Assembly (NCBI GenBank): GCA_951406725.2
Contig: OX597826.1
Location: 45,260,001-45,324,000 of the forward strand
Direction: 5' to 3'
From: Octopus vulgaris
Taxonomy: Eukaryota
DNA length: 64,000 bases
Positions 30,916-45,765 of the stretch are shown piece by piece. Below the pieces are notes generated by a model. That model was not told the DNA's origin. It made no database searches and saw only the letters and a list, made by a program, of their open reading frames with translations. The position numbers and the translations under genes are program-made. Numbering within the stretch: the stretch's first letter is position 1; the number at the start of each line of letters is the position of its first letter.

Positions 30916-31970
30916 ATAAGCGCCATAAACCCCATACAATTGTAGTCATGAAATTGCATTGCTGTTTAAGCAACGTTCCGAAATAATACTTTCAAGTAAT
31001 ATTTTCAACTAATACTTTCCATTAATGGAAATGAAAGTATATGTATGCGGGTGTTCATTTTGCATGTAGCTGTGCAGACGCACACATATACACATCTGTA
31101 CACGCATAGACACACACATATACAGAAAATTATATATTAAGGTATATAAATATAGTAATACCTCATTTTACGAGGACAGCTTTACGAGATACTGGGTTGA
31201 CGAGTTTTATTTTTCTAGCAAAAGATCCAAATTTTGAAGGAAGTGCGGAAGTTTCTACTACCATAAAGTATATATACTTATATACTAGAATGAGTACCAG
31301 GCTTAACAAAAAGAAAAAAGAAAGTACTGGGAGCGGGGGTTGATGCGTTCGGCTAAAATTCGTCAAGGCGGTGCACCAGCACGGTTGCAGTCTAATGACT
31401 GAAACCATTGCGCCTGTGTCAGCGCAATTGTAAATATGAAAGTGCGCAGGCGTTCAAAGAAAATTCACGGCGTTTACTTAAACAAAATACACTATAATTT
31501 AAATCAGGACATAAAATCGGCGTTCGATGACTAAGATAAAATCAATATTAACTTTATTTTATTGATCTTTGCATGTTTGCACCCTGTACAGTCGGCTGTT
31601 AAACACATTAGAATAGTATTACTTTAACAGCAAACGTTACGTTACTGGATATATTGTTCTTTGTTGAAAAATATGTTGATATATGCACATATGTGTGTGC
31701 GTGAGAAAGATGTCTAAGTGCGCATCTGAGTGAGTTTGTGTGCGTGTCAGCTGGCGGGCGGGCGGGCACATGTATGTCGATATGTGAGCATGTGTGCATG
31801 TGTTCATATATGTGCGCGCGCACGTGTGTGCATATGTAGATTGCTGAAGTGGTTAAAAAAATTTAGAAAGAAAAAATAAATTAAAAAAGCAGCCTGGATT
31901 TGCATAAAAGCTATTTACTTAGTACCTTTTTCCCTTTCAAAGATTCATCATGAACCATTCCTGACACACG

Positions 31971-32027
<57 letters not shown>

Positions 32028-32073
32028 ACACAGATGCTCTATACATACATACATACATACATACATACATACA

Positions 32074-32109
<36 letters not shown>

Positions 32110-32743
32110 TCTGTATATGTATTTGCACACACACATATATATATGTATATATGTGTGTTAGTGTGTGTGTGTATGTGTGTACACATACCATATATTTATA
32201 TATATATATATACAGGGTGCATGGTAACTTGGATAGACGCCCAAACAATGACCTGTCTGTAAATTAAGACGATGGATTCTGTGTGGAAGCCTGTCATATA
32301 TACCAACCAACCAACCAACCTACCTACCTACCTTCCTTCTACCTACCTTCCTTCTACCTACCTACCTACCTACATACATACATACATGGTGGCTGCTCCC
32401 TCGTTATCGAGTATGGCCATTGCACGAAGCTAAATCAATGTTGTTATCATGCAATGCTTGTGCAAGAAGATTTTTTTTTAAAGTGAGGAAAGGCTGTGCA
32501 CTGAGTCAATCCCACTCACTAAGCAACAGCAGCCATAATCCGAAAAGAAGAACAAGTCAACATCATCGGTAACCACTGAGCCGCGGGTTTTATGTTGGAG
32601 TTATCCCAGTTACCTGAGTTACCATCTCCTAGAAGGATGCCCTAACAAAGGCTAGGAGTCCTTCACTCCCAATGGTTTAATCGAGCGAACGGGTATTCAG
32701 TCCGATTATTTCTATGTCCATACATGCATACATACATACACAC

Positions 32744-32774
<31 letters not shown>

Positions 32775-32931
32775 CATACATACGTACGTACGTACGTACA
32801 TACATACATACATGCATACATACATACATACATACATACATACATACATACATACATACATACATACATACGTACGTACGTACATACATAAATACACGTC
32901 CTGGACCAATCTTTGGTCGAAACATATCTAA

Positions 32932-32991
<60 letters not shown>

Positions 32992-33063
32992 AGGTCCCGG
33001 GTTGAGTTGGGGTTAACCACAGTGAATAAGGTACTCAATACATAGCAGAGTAAAGTAATTTAA

Positions 33064-33094
<31 letters not shown>

Positions 33095-33099
<5 letters not shown>

Positions 33100-33267
33100 C
33101 ATAAGGGGGAACAGCCATCTGAATGTGGCTAGGGTCAGGGCGGGGTGGTGGGGGTGTTACTGATGCATTTAGCCCCAGGCGAACATGGGCTAAATGCATC
33201 AGTAACACCCCCACCACCCCGCCCTGACCCTAGCCACATTCAGATGGCTGTTCCCCCTTATGTTATA
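33095..33267. repeat. Perfect palindrome, 81-bp arms, 11-nt loop
   Basis: 33095-33175 is the exact reverse complement of 33187-33267; loop CAGGCGAACAT. Confidence 0.97.
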
Positions 33268-33348
33268 GAGCAGTTACTGTCTATATCTCGCTCAGAGATT
33301 TATTATTGTTTATATATATATAATATGTGACAAATTAGTCGGTTGCCA

Positions 33349-33411
33349 TAATAAAACGCAGAGTTTCAGATGTCGAGGCGGAAGTCTGCTCCGGTATCTC
33401 GTCAGTTATTA
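33349..33411 (-). ncRNA. Type I hammerhead motif, family H2
   Basis: Minus strand TAATAA-CTGACGA-GATACCGG..CGACATC-T-GAAA-CTCTGCG-TT-TTATTA; core intact, stem II partly decayed. Confidence 0.65.
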
Positions 33412-33577
33412 AGACAAAAAAAAAATGCTATGAAAAGGACCGTTAAATAAAGGGAAATTACTTTGAAGATGACCGTTATTAAGACAAACAAAAAAGCTAT
33501 GAGAATGACCTTTTAATATTGAACGCTCATTCTCATAGCTCTTTTGATCGCCTTTTTCATAGCATTTTTGTTTGTCT

Positions 33578-33642
33578 TAATAACTGATGAGATGGTAGAG
33601 CTGATGTCCGACCCGACATCCGAAACTCTGAGTTTTTTATTA
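33578..33642 (+). ncRNA. Type I hammerhead motif, family H2
   Basis: TAATAA-CTGATGA-GATG..CATC-C-GAAA-CTC-T-GAG-TTTTTT-ATTA; palindromic stem III AAACTC.GAGTTT; two extra T before stem I. Confidence 0.62.
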
Positions 33643-33720
33643 CGGCAACCGACTAATTTTTCACAAATTATATTATAGGTAAATTCCTCTATTTACATAA
33701 TATCAAGGTCTCATACATTA

Positions 33721-33786
<66 letters not shown>

Positions 33787-33787
<1 letters not shown>

Positions 33788-34022
33788 TCTTTTACTTGCT
33801 TCAGTCATTTGACTGCGGCAGTGCTGGAGCACCACCTTTAGTCGTATAAATCGACCACAGGACTTATTTATTGCATGCCTAGTACTTCTTCCGTCGGACT
33901 CTTTTGCCGAAGCGCTAAGTTACGGGAACGGAAACGCATCAACATCAGTTGTCACGCGATGGAGACAACACAGACACACGCACACAAATACACACACACA
34001 AACACACACACACATATATACA

Positions 34023-34110
<88 letters not shown>

Positions 34111-34198
34111 CGACGGGCTTCTTTCAGTTTCCATCTACCAAAACCACTCATAAGTCTTTGGTCGGCTCGAGGCTATAGCACGGAACCATGTGGTTGGG
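33787..34198 (-). mobile_element. SINE family A, internally deleted
   Basis: CAGTCATTTGACTGCGGC tail region, CGACGGGCTTCTTTCAGTTTCC, GGAACCATGTGGTTG. Confidence 0.85.
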
Positions 34199-34200
34199 AA

Positions 34201-35122
34201 GATGACAATAACCCTGACATATGATTTTTCAGATATATTTACCAAAATTACAGAAAACTATCTTGAAATACTAAAGTGTAAATTTATTCAATAAAACCAC
34301 CATTGGCTTCGCCCACGGCCTCCAGAGGACTACGGAATGCTGAAATAATAATCAATAATTGATGAATGCTTGCATAATAATCAAAGGGGTTGCAGTCTGG
34401 GGAGTCAGGTGTCCAGATGTTAGGAGTGATGCTGTTGCAGAAATTTTCTGACAGCCATAACTGGGTTCTCCTGCTTATGTGGCATGGTGCAGAATCCTAT
34501 TACCAGCAGCCACCCTCTTGACCCAATATTTCCACCAGGAACTTGATGTAGGCCTCTGTGTTGAGTGTGAGGCCGTGTGAGAAGATGAATGGAAGCATAA
34601 CGTCCCCATCACTAGTGATCACTCCAAACACTATGATGTTAACTGGATGTTTGAATTTTATCCCTTTCCGTATATGTTTTAGGGACACGGCAAGCCAACG
34701 GTTGTTCTGTGTGTTCACCATCTGATTCCTGGCAGAAATAATTCTCGTCTGAGAAAAACCAATGCACGTTCGGTTGGAAGGGATGCTTGAATTTGTCCAA
34801 AAGCTTCGTAGCGCGGTATTTTCTCTTGTCTTTGATGGCTTGAGATAAAAATTGGCCCTTTCTCATCTCGTATGAGGAATTCCGAATGTCTTCATACGCT
34901 ACCTGCCTGATAAGAAACTGAGACACTCCCATGTCCATGAGGATGGACCTGACTGACTTGGAGGGATCGTTTTCAATCACGACCTGGATATCACCAATAA
35001 ATTCAGAAATTCTTTACCTATCAGAACCATCAGAGTGAACTTCCTGAGCTGCCGTACCTTCGTAATCACCATTAGACTCATCCAAATCTTTCCGAATCCT
35101 CTGCACTGTCGTCAGATTGTCC
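34201..35122 (-). mobile_element. DD37D/maT-like transposon relic, same family as 28432-29656
   Basis: ORFs 34639-34980 and 34500-34721 (PSKSVRSILMDMGVSQFLIRQV, WFFSDE, NNRWLA, VFGVITSDGDVMLPFIF). Confidence 0.85.
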
Positions 35123-35152
35123 ACTCACATACTTACGTACACAGATATATAA

Positions 35153-35195
<43 letters not shown>

Positions 35196-35485
35196 CGACT
35201 ATCACCCGCACGTAGACGGAAACTGATATCGTATTCTACACGTCTTCACTAGTTTCCTGTGCTGTATAAGTAGATGCGAGCAGTTATAGAGATACACACG
35301 ACACACTTTCGTTCAGTCTATCAGAATACTGAGGCTTTTACTTGAGCAACATTAAAAGAATAAACTTGTTCAAGACTGCGTGATAGTAAGTTGAACCAAC
35401 TTATCACTAAGTCACGTGACTTAACACACTTGTAGAAATACATAGGCAAACCGATTAACAGACGTAATATATCTGCGTTTCCTTG

Positions 35486-35540
<55 letters not shown>

Positions 35541-35805
35541 CTATGTTATGCAATTGTGACTTACATGTGAAAGGCAGTGTAGTGATCTGAGAACATCATG
35601 CAATGGAGATAACTTAATCAACACTTGTTAATCCAACCTTTAGGAAACACGGTTAGTATCGTAAGAAGTGTATCTTGCTTTAAAAGCCGAATGAGGAAAG
35701 AAACGAATAACTTGGCAGTTTTGATTTAATTCTTCTCAGCGAAGCATATTCACTAAAGTGGGCATGACTTCCAATGATAAAATTTAGATATCGTAAAGAA
35801 GACCA

Positions 35806-35872
<67 letters not shown>

Positions 35873-35874
35873 CA

Positions 35875-35910
<36 letters not shown>

Positions 35911-36069
35911 CATACCTATATATATATACACATATATATATGTATTTATATATACACACATATATCTATATATATATATATATACACACATATATCTATA
36001 TATATACATATATATATATATATACATACATACATATATACACACACACATATATATATGCATATATAT

Positions 36070-36118
<49 letters not shown>

Positions 36119-36809
36119 TGCATGCTTTAAGAATACACACGCATACACAAATATATACACATGTATAAAGCATATATACATGAATATATATGTATATGTA
36201 TATATAAATATATGCATGTGTATATGCATATATATCTATATAATACACACACACACTTGCACACACACATATGTATTTAGATATATACATACTAACAAAT
36301 TTATATATATATATATATGTATGTAAAGTTAATGTATGTACACAGATATATATGTATACTATTTTGTGTGAGTGTATATGTGAACGTATTAAATATTCCA
36401 TTGTGTGCTGGTGTATTAGAAGGCAAGAGTTTATGCAGGATGAAGAAACTGTATTGAGAATAAAGAGAATTAGATGGGATAATTACATGCGATAGAATTT
36501 ACTTGAGATAGCAAAGATTAATAGTTAAAAGTCCGCATCAAACCAAATCCCTTCGATTTCAACTGTTGAGATTATATGTGATACTGAATGTCAAAAATGG
36601 CGACTAACACCGTTGAACCTGTTGAAAATCGAATACTTCCAGAACACTGAAAATAGTAATTTCCGATATTACGATATTTTACTTTATTGATTCACGAGTG
36701 AGACATGTGACCGAGAACTAAGTCAGACAATTCTTTAGTTGGTCGTCAGCGATATATACATACATATATATATACATGTATATATATGTAAGTATGTATA
36801 TATATATAT

Positions 36810-36885
<76 letters not shown>

Positions 36886-36890
<5 letters not shown>

Positions 36891-37092
36891 ATCCAAATAG
36901 GAAAACACAAAAAAACACAACAACGCGAGGACGTGGAACAAATATAGTATTATTGGACGTTCAGGAAAGAAGGGAAGAAGGAGGGTTTAACGTTTCGAGC
37001 GGAGCTCTTCGTCGGAAACATAGGAGAAGGAAAGATCCAGAGAAGGGAAGACTGAGGAAAAAATATCGCCAACGGTACACACGAGGTCACAT
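36886..37092 (-). mobile_element. Hammerhead-carrying element, family H1 (motif at 36985-37019, CCGACGA variant)
   Basis: Near-identical to the other two H1 copies; 3' end abuts long (TA)n. Confidence 0.75.
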
Positions 37093-38314
37093 CGAGAGGG
37101 AGAGAGAGAGAGAGAGAGAGATAATGTGAGACAAATGAAATAAAACTACTTGGGTTAAATATACAAAATATATGTTCATGTGCACATGTAAATAGAGAGG
37201 AGCAAGCAAAGACGGAAAATTTTCAGACGATGAATATTCAGGTATAAGTATAAAGGGGAGAAGACGTTGTGCTCCAGACCCAACAGCTGTTTCTGGGGTT
37301 CGGAGCTACTTCATAATGTTGAAGCTTGCTTCCCAACTACATGGTTCAGTCCCACTGCGTTGCGCCTAGGGCAAGTATTTTCTACTATAGCCTCGGGCCG
37401 ACCAAAGCCTTGTGAGTAGATTTTGTTGACGGAAACTGAAAGAAGAGACCGATAGGCTTACAAAGAATAAGACCTGGGGTCGATTTGTTCGACTAAAGGT
37501 GATATCCATGTCAAATACTTAATCTAACAGTCTCTTTTAACGAACCGTTTATATAACTGGGTCTTAAACAAAACAAAACCAGTTGTCAAGCGGTGAGAGG
37601 CAAACACATACAGAACACATCCTCACACGCACACACACACACACACACACACGCGCGCACACACTCATACACACATATATTCGACTGGCTTCCATTTTCC
37701 GTCTACCAGTTTTCACCTACATTCATCGGTTTGGAGTACAGTAGGAGACAATTGCCCATGGTGCCATCGAATAGAACCGAACTTATCATCATATGTTTAC
37801 GAAACGAAACACTTAACCTCGGCAGTTATTCCTTTAAGTGACCTAACGGCGGTTCTGGTCTTATTCAATCGATAACAGGGATCCACTTGTAGAAACCAGC
37901 CGTCACCTGCGAATGAGTATGACCTAGTAACAAGTAACATGCCTCATCCTTTCGCTAATTATTTTAGGTGCGTGAATAGTCGCGATGAGACATAAACATC
38001 CTCTCGACTCTACCACCTTTTGATTCGGCTTCATATTCAGGGTAAGACAGCTGGAAGGAGAGAGACTTAACCCAGCATTTGGTTGATATTTATTTTGAAG
38101 CGTAGTAGATTGGAACTGCATGAAATAAAATGTCTTACGCAATGAGACAACATTCCGTCCGGTTCGGGAATTGAATCCACATTATGACTGTAAATCGAAC
38201 ACCCTGACTCCTCTGCCACGCATCGTAGCTGAGTGCACCGCAGATGGTATAAAAAATATAGTGAGTCATGTTAGACTAAAGTTTATATTATATTTTTTTT
38301 TTTCTATTTCAGAC

Positions 38315-38700
38315 CTGGTAGAGTCGTCATCATGCCGGACGATATGCTCAGCGGCATTTCTTCCGGCTTTACGCCCTGAGCTCAAACTCCACCGAGGTTG
38401 ACTTTGCCTTTCATTGTTTCGATGAAATAAGCACCAGTTGTGTACTGGAGTCGATGTAATCGGCTAGCCCATTTCCCTGAAATTCAGGCTTTGTGTCTTT
38501 AACAGAAAAATTATCAGGCGATGAGCAGGCAGAATTATTAAGAGTTCGCACGGCATACCTGGCGACATTTCTTCAAATTCCACGGAGGTCGCCTTTGCCA
38601 TTCGATAAAATAAGTACCATCTAAGCACTGTAGTCGATGTAATCGACTAGCTTCCACCCCTAAAACATCGGGTATTGTGCCTATAGTATAAAGGATTATT
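38315..38700 (+). mobile_element. Two degraded SINE family B copies
   Basis: GAGGT.G.CTTTGCC...AAATAAG.ACCA...AGTCGATGTAATCG.CTAGC repeated twice. Confidence 0.7.
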
Positions 38701-38789
38701 CATATTCGAAATCAGCGTAACAACGACAAAAGAGTAATTTGAAACACATATGCACAGCATTGAATCCTAATTATTTATCCCTTGATACA

Positions 38790-39125
38790 GGGTAAAGACC
38801 CCCTTCGGTCATGAATGACCATGGGATTGCACCTAGAAAGTTACCCTCCCAGGCACAAGTCCGGGCAAGGTTGTTTATGGAAGGCCAGCAGTCGCCCATG
38901 CAAACCAGCCTCCCCTCTCCACGCCACCAGTGTTATCCAAGGGAAAGACAAAGGTCGATACAGCTTGGCACCTGTGACGTCGCAACTCATTTCTACAGCT
39001 GAGTGAACTGGAGCAACGTGAAATAAAGTGCCTTGCTCGAGAACACAACACGCAGCCCGGTCCGGGATTCGAGCTCACAACCTCACGATCGTAAGCTCGA
39101 CGCTCTAACCACTGAGCCATGCGCC
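38790..39125 (-). mobile_element. tRNA-derived SINE family C with CORE-like domain, full-length
   Basis: Minus strand GGCGCATGGCTCAGTGGTTAGAGCG (A box)..GAGCTCGAATCCC (B box)..GTGTTCTCGAGCAAGGCACTTTA..CACTCAGCTGTAGAAATG; degraded relatives near 4620, 38100, 48330, 56200. Confidence 0.85.
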
Positions 39126-39808
39126 TAAAGAACAAAATATTAGCGTGTTGAAGAAATGACATATGAATTTTTGCGTATGTGTGTGATGGTTATCTTAGTT
39201 TTATACTTTGCTCTATTTTATCAATTATTTGTTAAACTTTGATATTTTTTCTACTAACTCGTATTACTTCTCTATCTGATATCTCATTTTTATTACTGTT
39301 CTATATTTGTCTTCTTTATCTGCTTGCTCGCTGGCTTTACACAGCCGGTTGTCTTTTTGCTGTACGTAACTTAACAGCACTCGGCACTCGTGTACTTTGC
39401 AGCTTTGCGAATACGTGTTTATTTACTCGCTAGTGAGGGTTCGGTTTTAGTCAGTAACTCACAGCGACATATCCAGCAACTTAAGCAAACGAAAGACTCA
39501 GCATGTTTATACAACCTCCTGAAAGCAACTGCCGATTATCCCTTCGAACCATCTAAAGTGAAGAAAAACATATCGTCTTTAAGGATGTGGAGTAGGGGTG
39601 GAGGAAAAAAGGAAAAGAAAAGGTGAAAGAAAAAGGCAAAGAAAAAATGTAAGGATTGTTGCAAGGCATCCTTGCAGCACAAAAAAAAATGTGACATCCA
39701 ACGTTGTCAGTGGGCCAAAAGTCATGTGTGTGTGTGTGTGTGTGTGAGTGAGTGTGTATAATTATAGTATAATTTGCGAGTGTATGTGTGAGGCATTTAT
39801 GTATATAT

Positions 39809-39850
<42 letters not shown>

Positions 39851-39988
39851 CATACATACACATGCATATATATGCATATACATATATATGTATATATTAT
39901 ATACATACATACATATATACGTGTGTACGTATGTATGTGTGTGTATGTATGTGCGTGTGTGTGTATGTATATATATACATACATATAA

Positions 39989-40045
<57 letters not shown>

Positions 40046-41009
40046 TATACACAAATATATATGTGTGTGTGTGTATGCGTGTGTATTTCTGTGTGTACGT
40101 ATGTGCGTGTATTTGTATGTGAGTGTATTCGATAACACCTGATTTACATTAAATGTCCTTGCATATAACAGTTTTAATGATGTAGATGACAAATGACATA
40201 ATTCGATATAGCACAACATATATATGTGTTATAACGGCGACATATACGTTGCTGGCAGCTTAAAATGACTTACGTATTCAAAATGGCTGAAAAATTACTT
40301 ATGCAAATCGAAAATGACTTAAATATAAGATACACACGCTAGCGATGGCTCAGAGAATGGCGCAACAGGTTTGTTAATGATAATTCACTAATGATCTATG
40401 CTATACACATTAAGTGTTGATCAAAAATAGATATACTGGTTGACAGTGGCTCATTGCTCATTGGGTTTTATATGTTTTATCAGTATTTTTAAATTTGTGT
40501 GGTCAAAGAGCATTAAATGTCATACAGTGATATGGAAACCATTTTTGTTTTATATCGCATTTTGTGAACAGTAGTGTCACTGTCTATATGATGAGTCGTG
40601 AAGAGAAGGGAGGTTCTGGACAGCTTGCGGGGCAACTTGTACCATTATGTACTTTTCTTCGAAAGAAATGGTTTCGAAATTTGTCATTGTTTTTTTTTTT
40701 TTTGTTTGTTACCACTATTTACATCTTTCACTGATAAACGTCAATGTTTCAGCAAAAGCTATGTGCGCACACACTTGCACACATACACAAAGTTTTTAAA
40801 CAATAATACTTAAAAGACTTGCCCTGATATCTTCACTAAAATATTCATCCGAGAGTATTCTCAAATGGATCCCGAAGTAAAGGATTAAGAAAAACGTCAC
40901 TTAAGTGTCACGATTTTAATAAATAAATATACTTACTCTACTTTACAGGGATAGTATTGTACCTTAAATTATTGTATTCCTCGTTCGTTCGAAAAGGACA
41001 TGCATCAAT

Positions 41010-41734
<725 letters not shown>

Positions 41735-41823
41735 CTATTAAAAGCAGTAACGAAACAACACCGAATGAACAAAGTACGTACGATGACTCCATAGTTTAGA
41801 AAGGAGTAACTGAAGTTATGAAG

Positions 41824-42055
41824 GGCAGCGAGCTGGCAGAAACGTTAGCACGCCGGGCGAAATGCGTAAGCCGTATTTCGTCTGCCGCTACGTTCTGAGT
41901 TCAAATTCCGCCGAGGTCGACTTTGCCTTTCATCCTTTCGGGGTCGATAAATTAAGTACCAGTTACGCACTGGGGTCGATGTAATCGACTAAATCCGTTT
42001 GTTTGTCCGTGTTTGTCCCCTCTGTGTTTAGCCCCTTCTGGTTAGTAAAGAAATA
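41824..42055 (+). mobile_element. SINE family B, full-length, with ~18-bp TSD
   Basis: GGCAGCGAGCTGGCAGAAACG head to AAAGAAATA; flanks GGAGTAACTGAAGTTATG (41803) / GGAATAATTGAAGTTATG (42056). Confidence 0.92.
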
Positions 42056-42355
42056 GGAATAATTGAAGTTATGGAGCACCTTGACAGTCGGTGGTCTTTC
42101 TTCACAAAGAAACAGAGGGGAACAGAAAAAGAAAAGAAAGGAAAGCTGCAAAGGAGAAGGAAGGCAAAAGAAAATAAAAAGAAAAGGTGAAAGGATAAGC
42201 TAAAATATAGGACAGTGATAGATATTGGATAGTCTTGCAGTACAAAAAACAATAAAACGATATCGAACGTTATTCAAGAGTTAATCTAAGCTTGTATTCC
42301 GAGACTGGAATCAAAGCGCGTGTGTGTATACACACATGCATTGCTACTATATGTA

Positions 42356-42570
42356 CGAGGATTGTTGAAAAGTTCCTGGCTGTAAGGATGTTGCGAAAGG
42401 CTTGATTGGCGGCCGAACATTTTGAGTTCTTTTACAGGGCTTAGAAAAAACCAAGGATCTCTGCAATAAGTGTATGAATCTGAGAAGGGAATATATTGAA
42501 TAAAATCATAATTGACCGATTCTCCTGTGTTTTCTCTTACGCAAAACCAAGAACTTTTCAGCTCCCCTTG
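42356..42570. mobile_element. Mariner-derived MITE
   Basis: TA-CGAGGATTGTTGAAAAGTTC ... GAACTTTTCAGCTCCCCTTG-TA imperfect TIRs. Confidence 0.65.
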
Positions 42571-43177
42571 TATACATGATGATGGTTGTTTACTTGTTAG
42601 ATGAGCATGACCATTGTTGGTAGGTAAGTACCTGCTATACCCGTATCAGAGTTTTCTGTCGATTGCGGCTATCATTATACCAACGACTCTGTATAGCAAT
42701 GCCAAGAAGCCCAGACAAGCAAAGTTAAGATGTTCCACTCAGTCGAGCAGCAGGTTTTATATTCGAGTTAGCCTTCCCCCCAGAGAGATGTCTTAACAAT
42801 GACCAGTGGTCTCGCACATCCTATGGGTTCACTGCACCCTCGGACACCAGCCCGACAATTTCTATGATCCGTATGCTAGTTAACCGATAGGTAGGCCCCT
42901 GACTGATGCTATTACTCCGGGTCAGAGTAGTCATGGGGACAATAGTGGATAAGAAGTGGTTCCACACTCCTCAGAACCCTGGAAACACTGATTCAGAACT
43001 CCTCAACCGGATGCATGTTAAAGTCATAGGCAGGATGTACATACATAAATACGTACATACATAAACACACACACACACACACACAAACGCGCGCACACAC
43101 AGACACACACAAATATACACTCAGACAGATAGATAGATATATAGATAGATAGACAGACAGCCAGACAGATAGGTAAG

Positions 43178-43307
<130 letters not shown>

Positions 43308-43657
43308 TAGATAGACAGATAGATCGATCGATAAATCGATCAATAGATAGATAGAAAAGAGGGGGCAAGAAGGAAGAGAATAAGTAGACACAAAGATATT
43401 TATGCAATTATCACGGACTTTAACACAGTATACGTTTTAGAATTCAACTCAGCAGGCATTGGTCAGACAGAGGGTATGGAACTGCCCAAGGTGCCACGTT
43501 ATTGGATCGAAGAATATAAACGGAAAAAAAAAAAAAAAGATAACTAGACAAAAATATTTCAAACTCAATACAGACATGAAGTCAATTATAAACTACGACA
43601 CATTTAGAATTTTCGATGCCACATCCGACATCCGGATTGAGAATGAGGGTAGGCACG

Positions 43658-43780
<123 letters not shown>

Positions 43781-44179
43781 CTCGGCGAGAATAACAATGG
43801 TCCGCATCAATATAACGATTTATTTATCAATACTTACCAATATACGAATATTAATTCAAGAAACGCAATTAGATAATAGACATACATATAGCTACAGATA
43901 CAGGCATACAGAGCGCATGCATACATATATACAAACATACATACCTACATGCATACATACATACACGCATACATTTCTACATACATATATTCATACATAC
44001 ACGCATACATACATGCATACATACATATACATACAAGCATCCAAATATACATACATTTATCCATTTCTCGCTCTCGCTCTCTCTCCTTCTCTCTCGCTCT
44101 GTCTCACAGTCATTCACTCTCTGTTTATCATATATCTATATCCATATATTGACATCTATACCTAAACATACAACGACGT

Positions 44180-44551
<372 letters not shown>

Positions 44552-45262
44552 TTCTTTTCATATTTATCTCATTCATGATAGCCGCAGTTTTGAATTTTCT
44601 AAATATTTCATTGAGTACTTTGCATAGACTTCTTTCATATTTTTATGCAATAAGATGTTTTCTAGCATGTGTGTATACGAACCCCATGCACATATGTGAG
44701 TGTGGCTATATTTGAATGTGCGTGTATATAAACACATATTTTATGGGAAAACCTAAAAGAAAGAAAAAACGAAGGAGACATCATCGGCTAACACTCCAAT
44801 AATCGAAATAGTTGAATAGCATGGCAGATATATAGATAAATAGATATATCTCTGAATATTTCTATATACATCTATCAACGGATATTTTGACTAAATACAT
44901 AAGATATTTGATATTTTTCTACTTCATACATGCCTCGAGCCATTGGACAATGTTCAGTTGCGACCGATTCTTTCATGAAACTTTTTCCGTTATCAAAAAA
45001 TTCTTGGCTTGTGTTTTCATGCACATTCTCTGACTTCACATATACAGACATATTATGTATATCATATTACATCGAAGGCAATAATTGTTCCAGTCTCGTA
45101 CTTATATTAATGATATTTGTATAGCGAATGACTTAGAAAGCGTTGACGTAAAGGGACGCAATGCGATACTGGTTTACACCGATAAACAGCAATGCAGAGA
45201 AAAAAAATGATACATACACATACACACAAACACAAACAAACGTGCGCAGATATACATATATA

Positions 45263-45347
<85 letters not shown>

Positions 45348-45488
45348 TAAAAGTTAATATAAACAGCTAGGCGCAACGTAATACCATAAAGGAAAACTTT
45401 AATCTTCACTAAAAGTGGCTGAGGGTGTCTAAGCAGCTACATCTATACACATAGATAGGGGAGTTAACAGCACCATGACCGTCTCTAG

Positions 45489-45543
45489 AATCACCAGACT
45501 AGGCCTAGTTTCGCATATTCCGTAGGTATCGTCAGGAATGATT
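45489..45543 (-). ncRNA. Degenerate type I hammerhead motif, family H4
   Basis: Minus strand AATCATTC-CTGACGA-[16 nt]-GAAA-CTAGGCCTAG-TC-TGGTGATT; palindromic stem III, GUC triplet; stems I/II decayed. Confidence 0.6.
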
Positions 45544-45765
45544 GCTCAAACGGTCGATGGTTTAGCCTGTTTTGTTTGCCAGTTAACTACCCTATCACAT
45601 TGCACTCTTCTAAAAACAATGTAGGTGCTTCGACACCTTTAGTCACTTAGTGATGGTTACATTTTTCTTTTATTATACTGCACCTAGCAGTGTATATTAG
45701 ATTTTAGTATACGCATTAGCATCTCGCTAAATCAGTTACACATTTTTATGAAAAAAATATATATA

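Noticed and set aside
32385-32680. RTE-related non-autonomous fragment
   Set aside because: Only loosely similar to RTE UTR-type sequence; boundaries and family not supportable.
39050-39125. tRNA-like sequence on the minus strand
   Set aside because: No complete acceptor stem or terminator; continues into a SINE body, so it is a SINE head rather than a tRNA gene.
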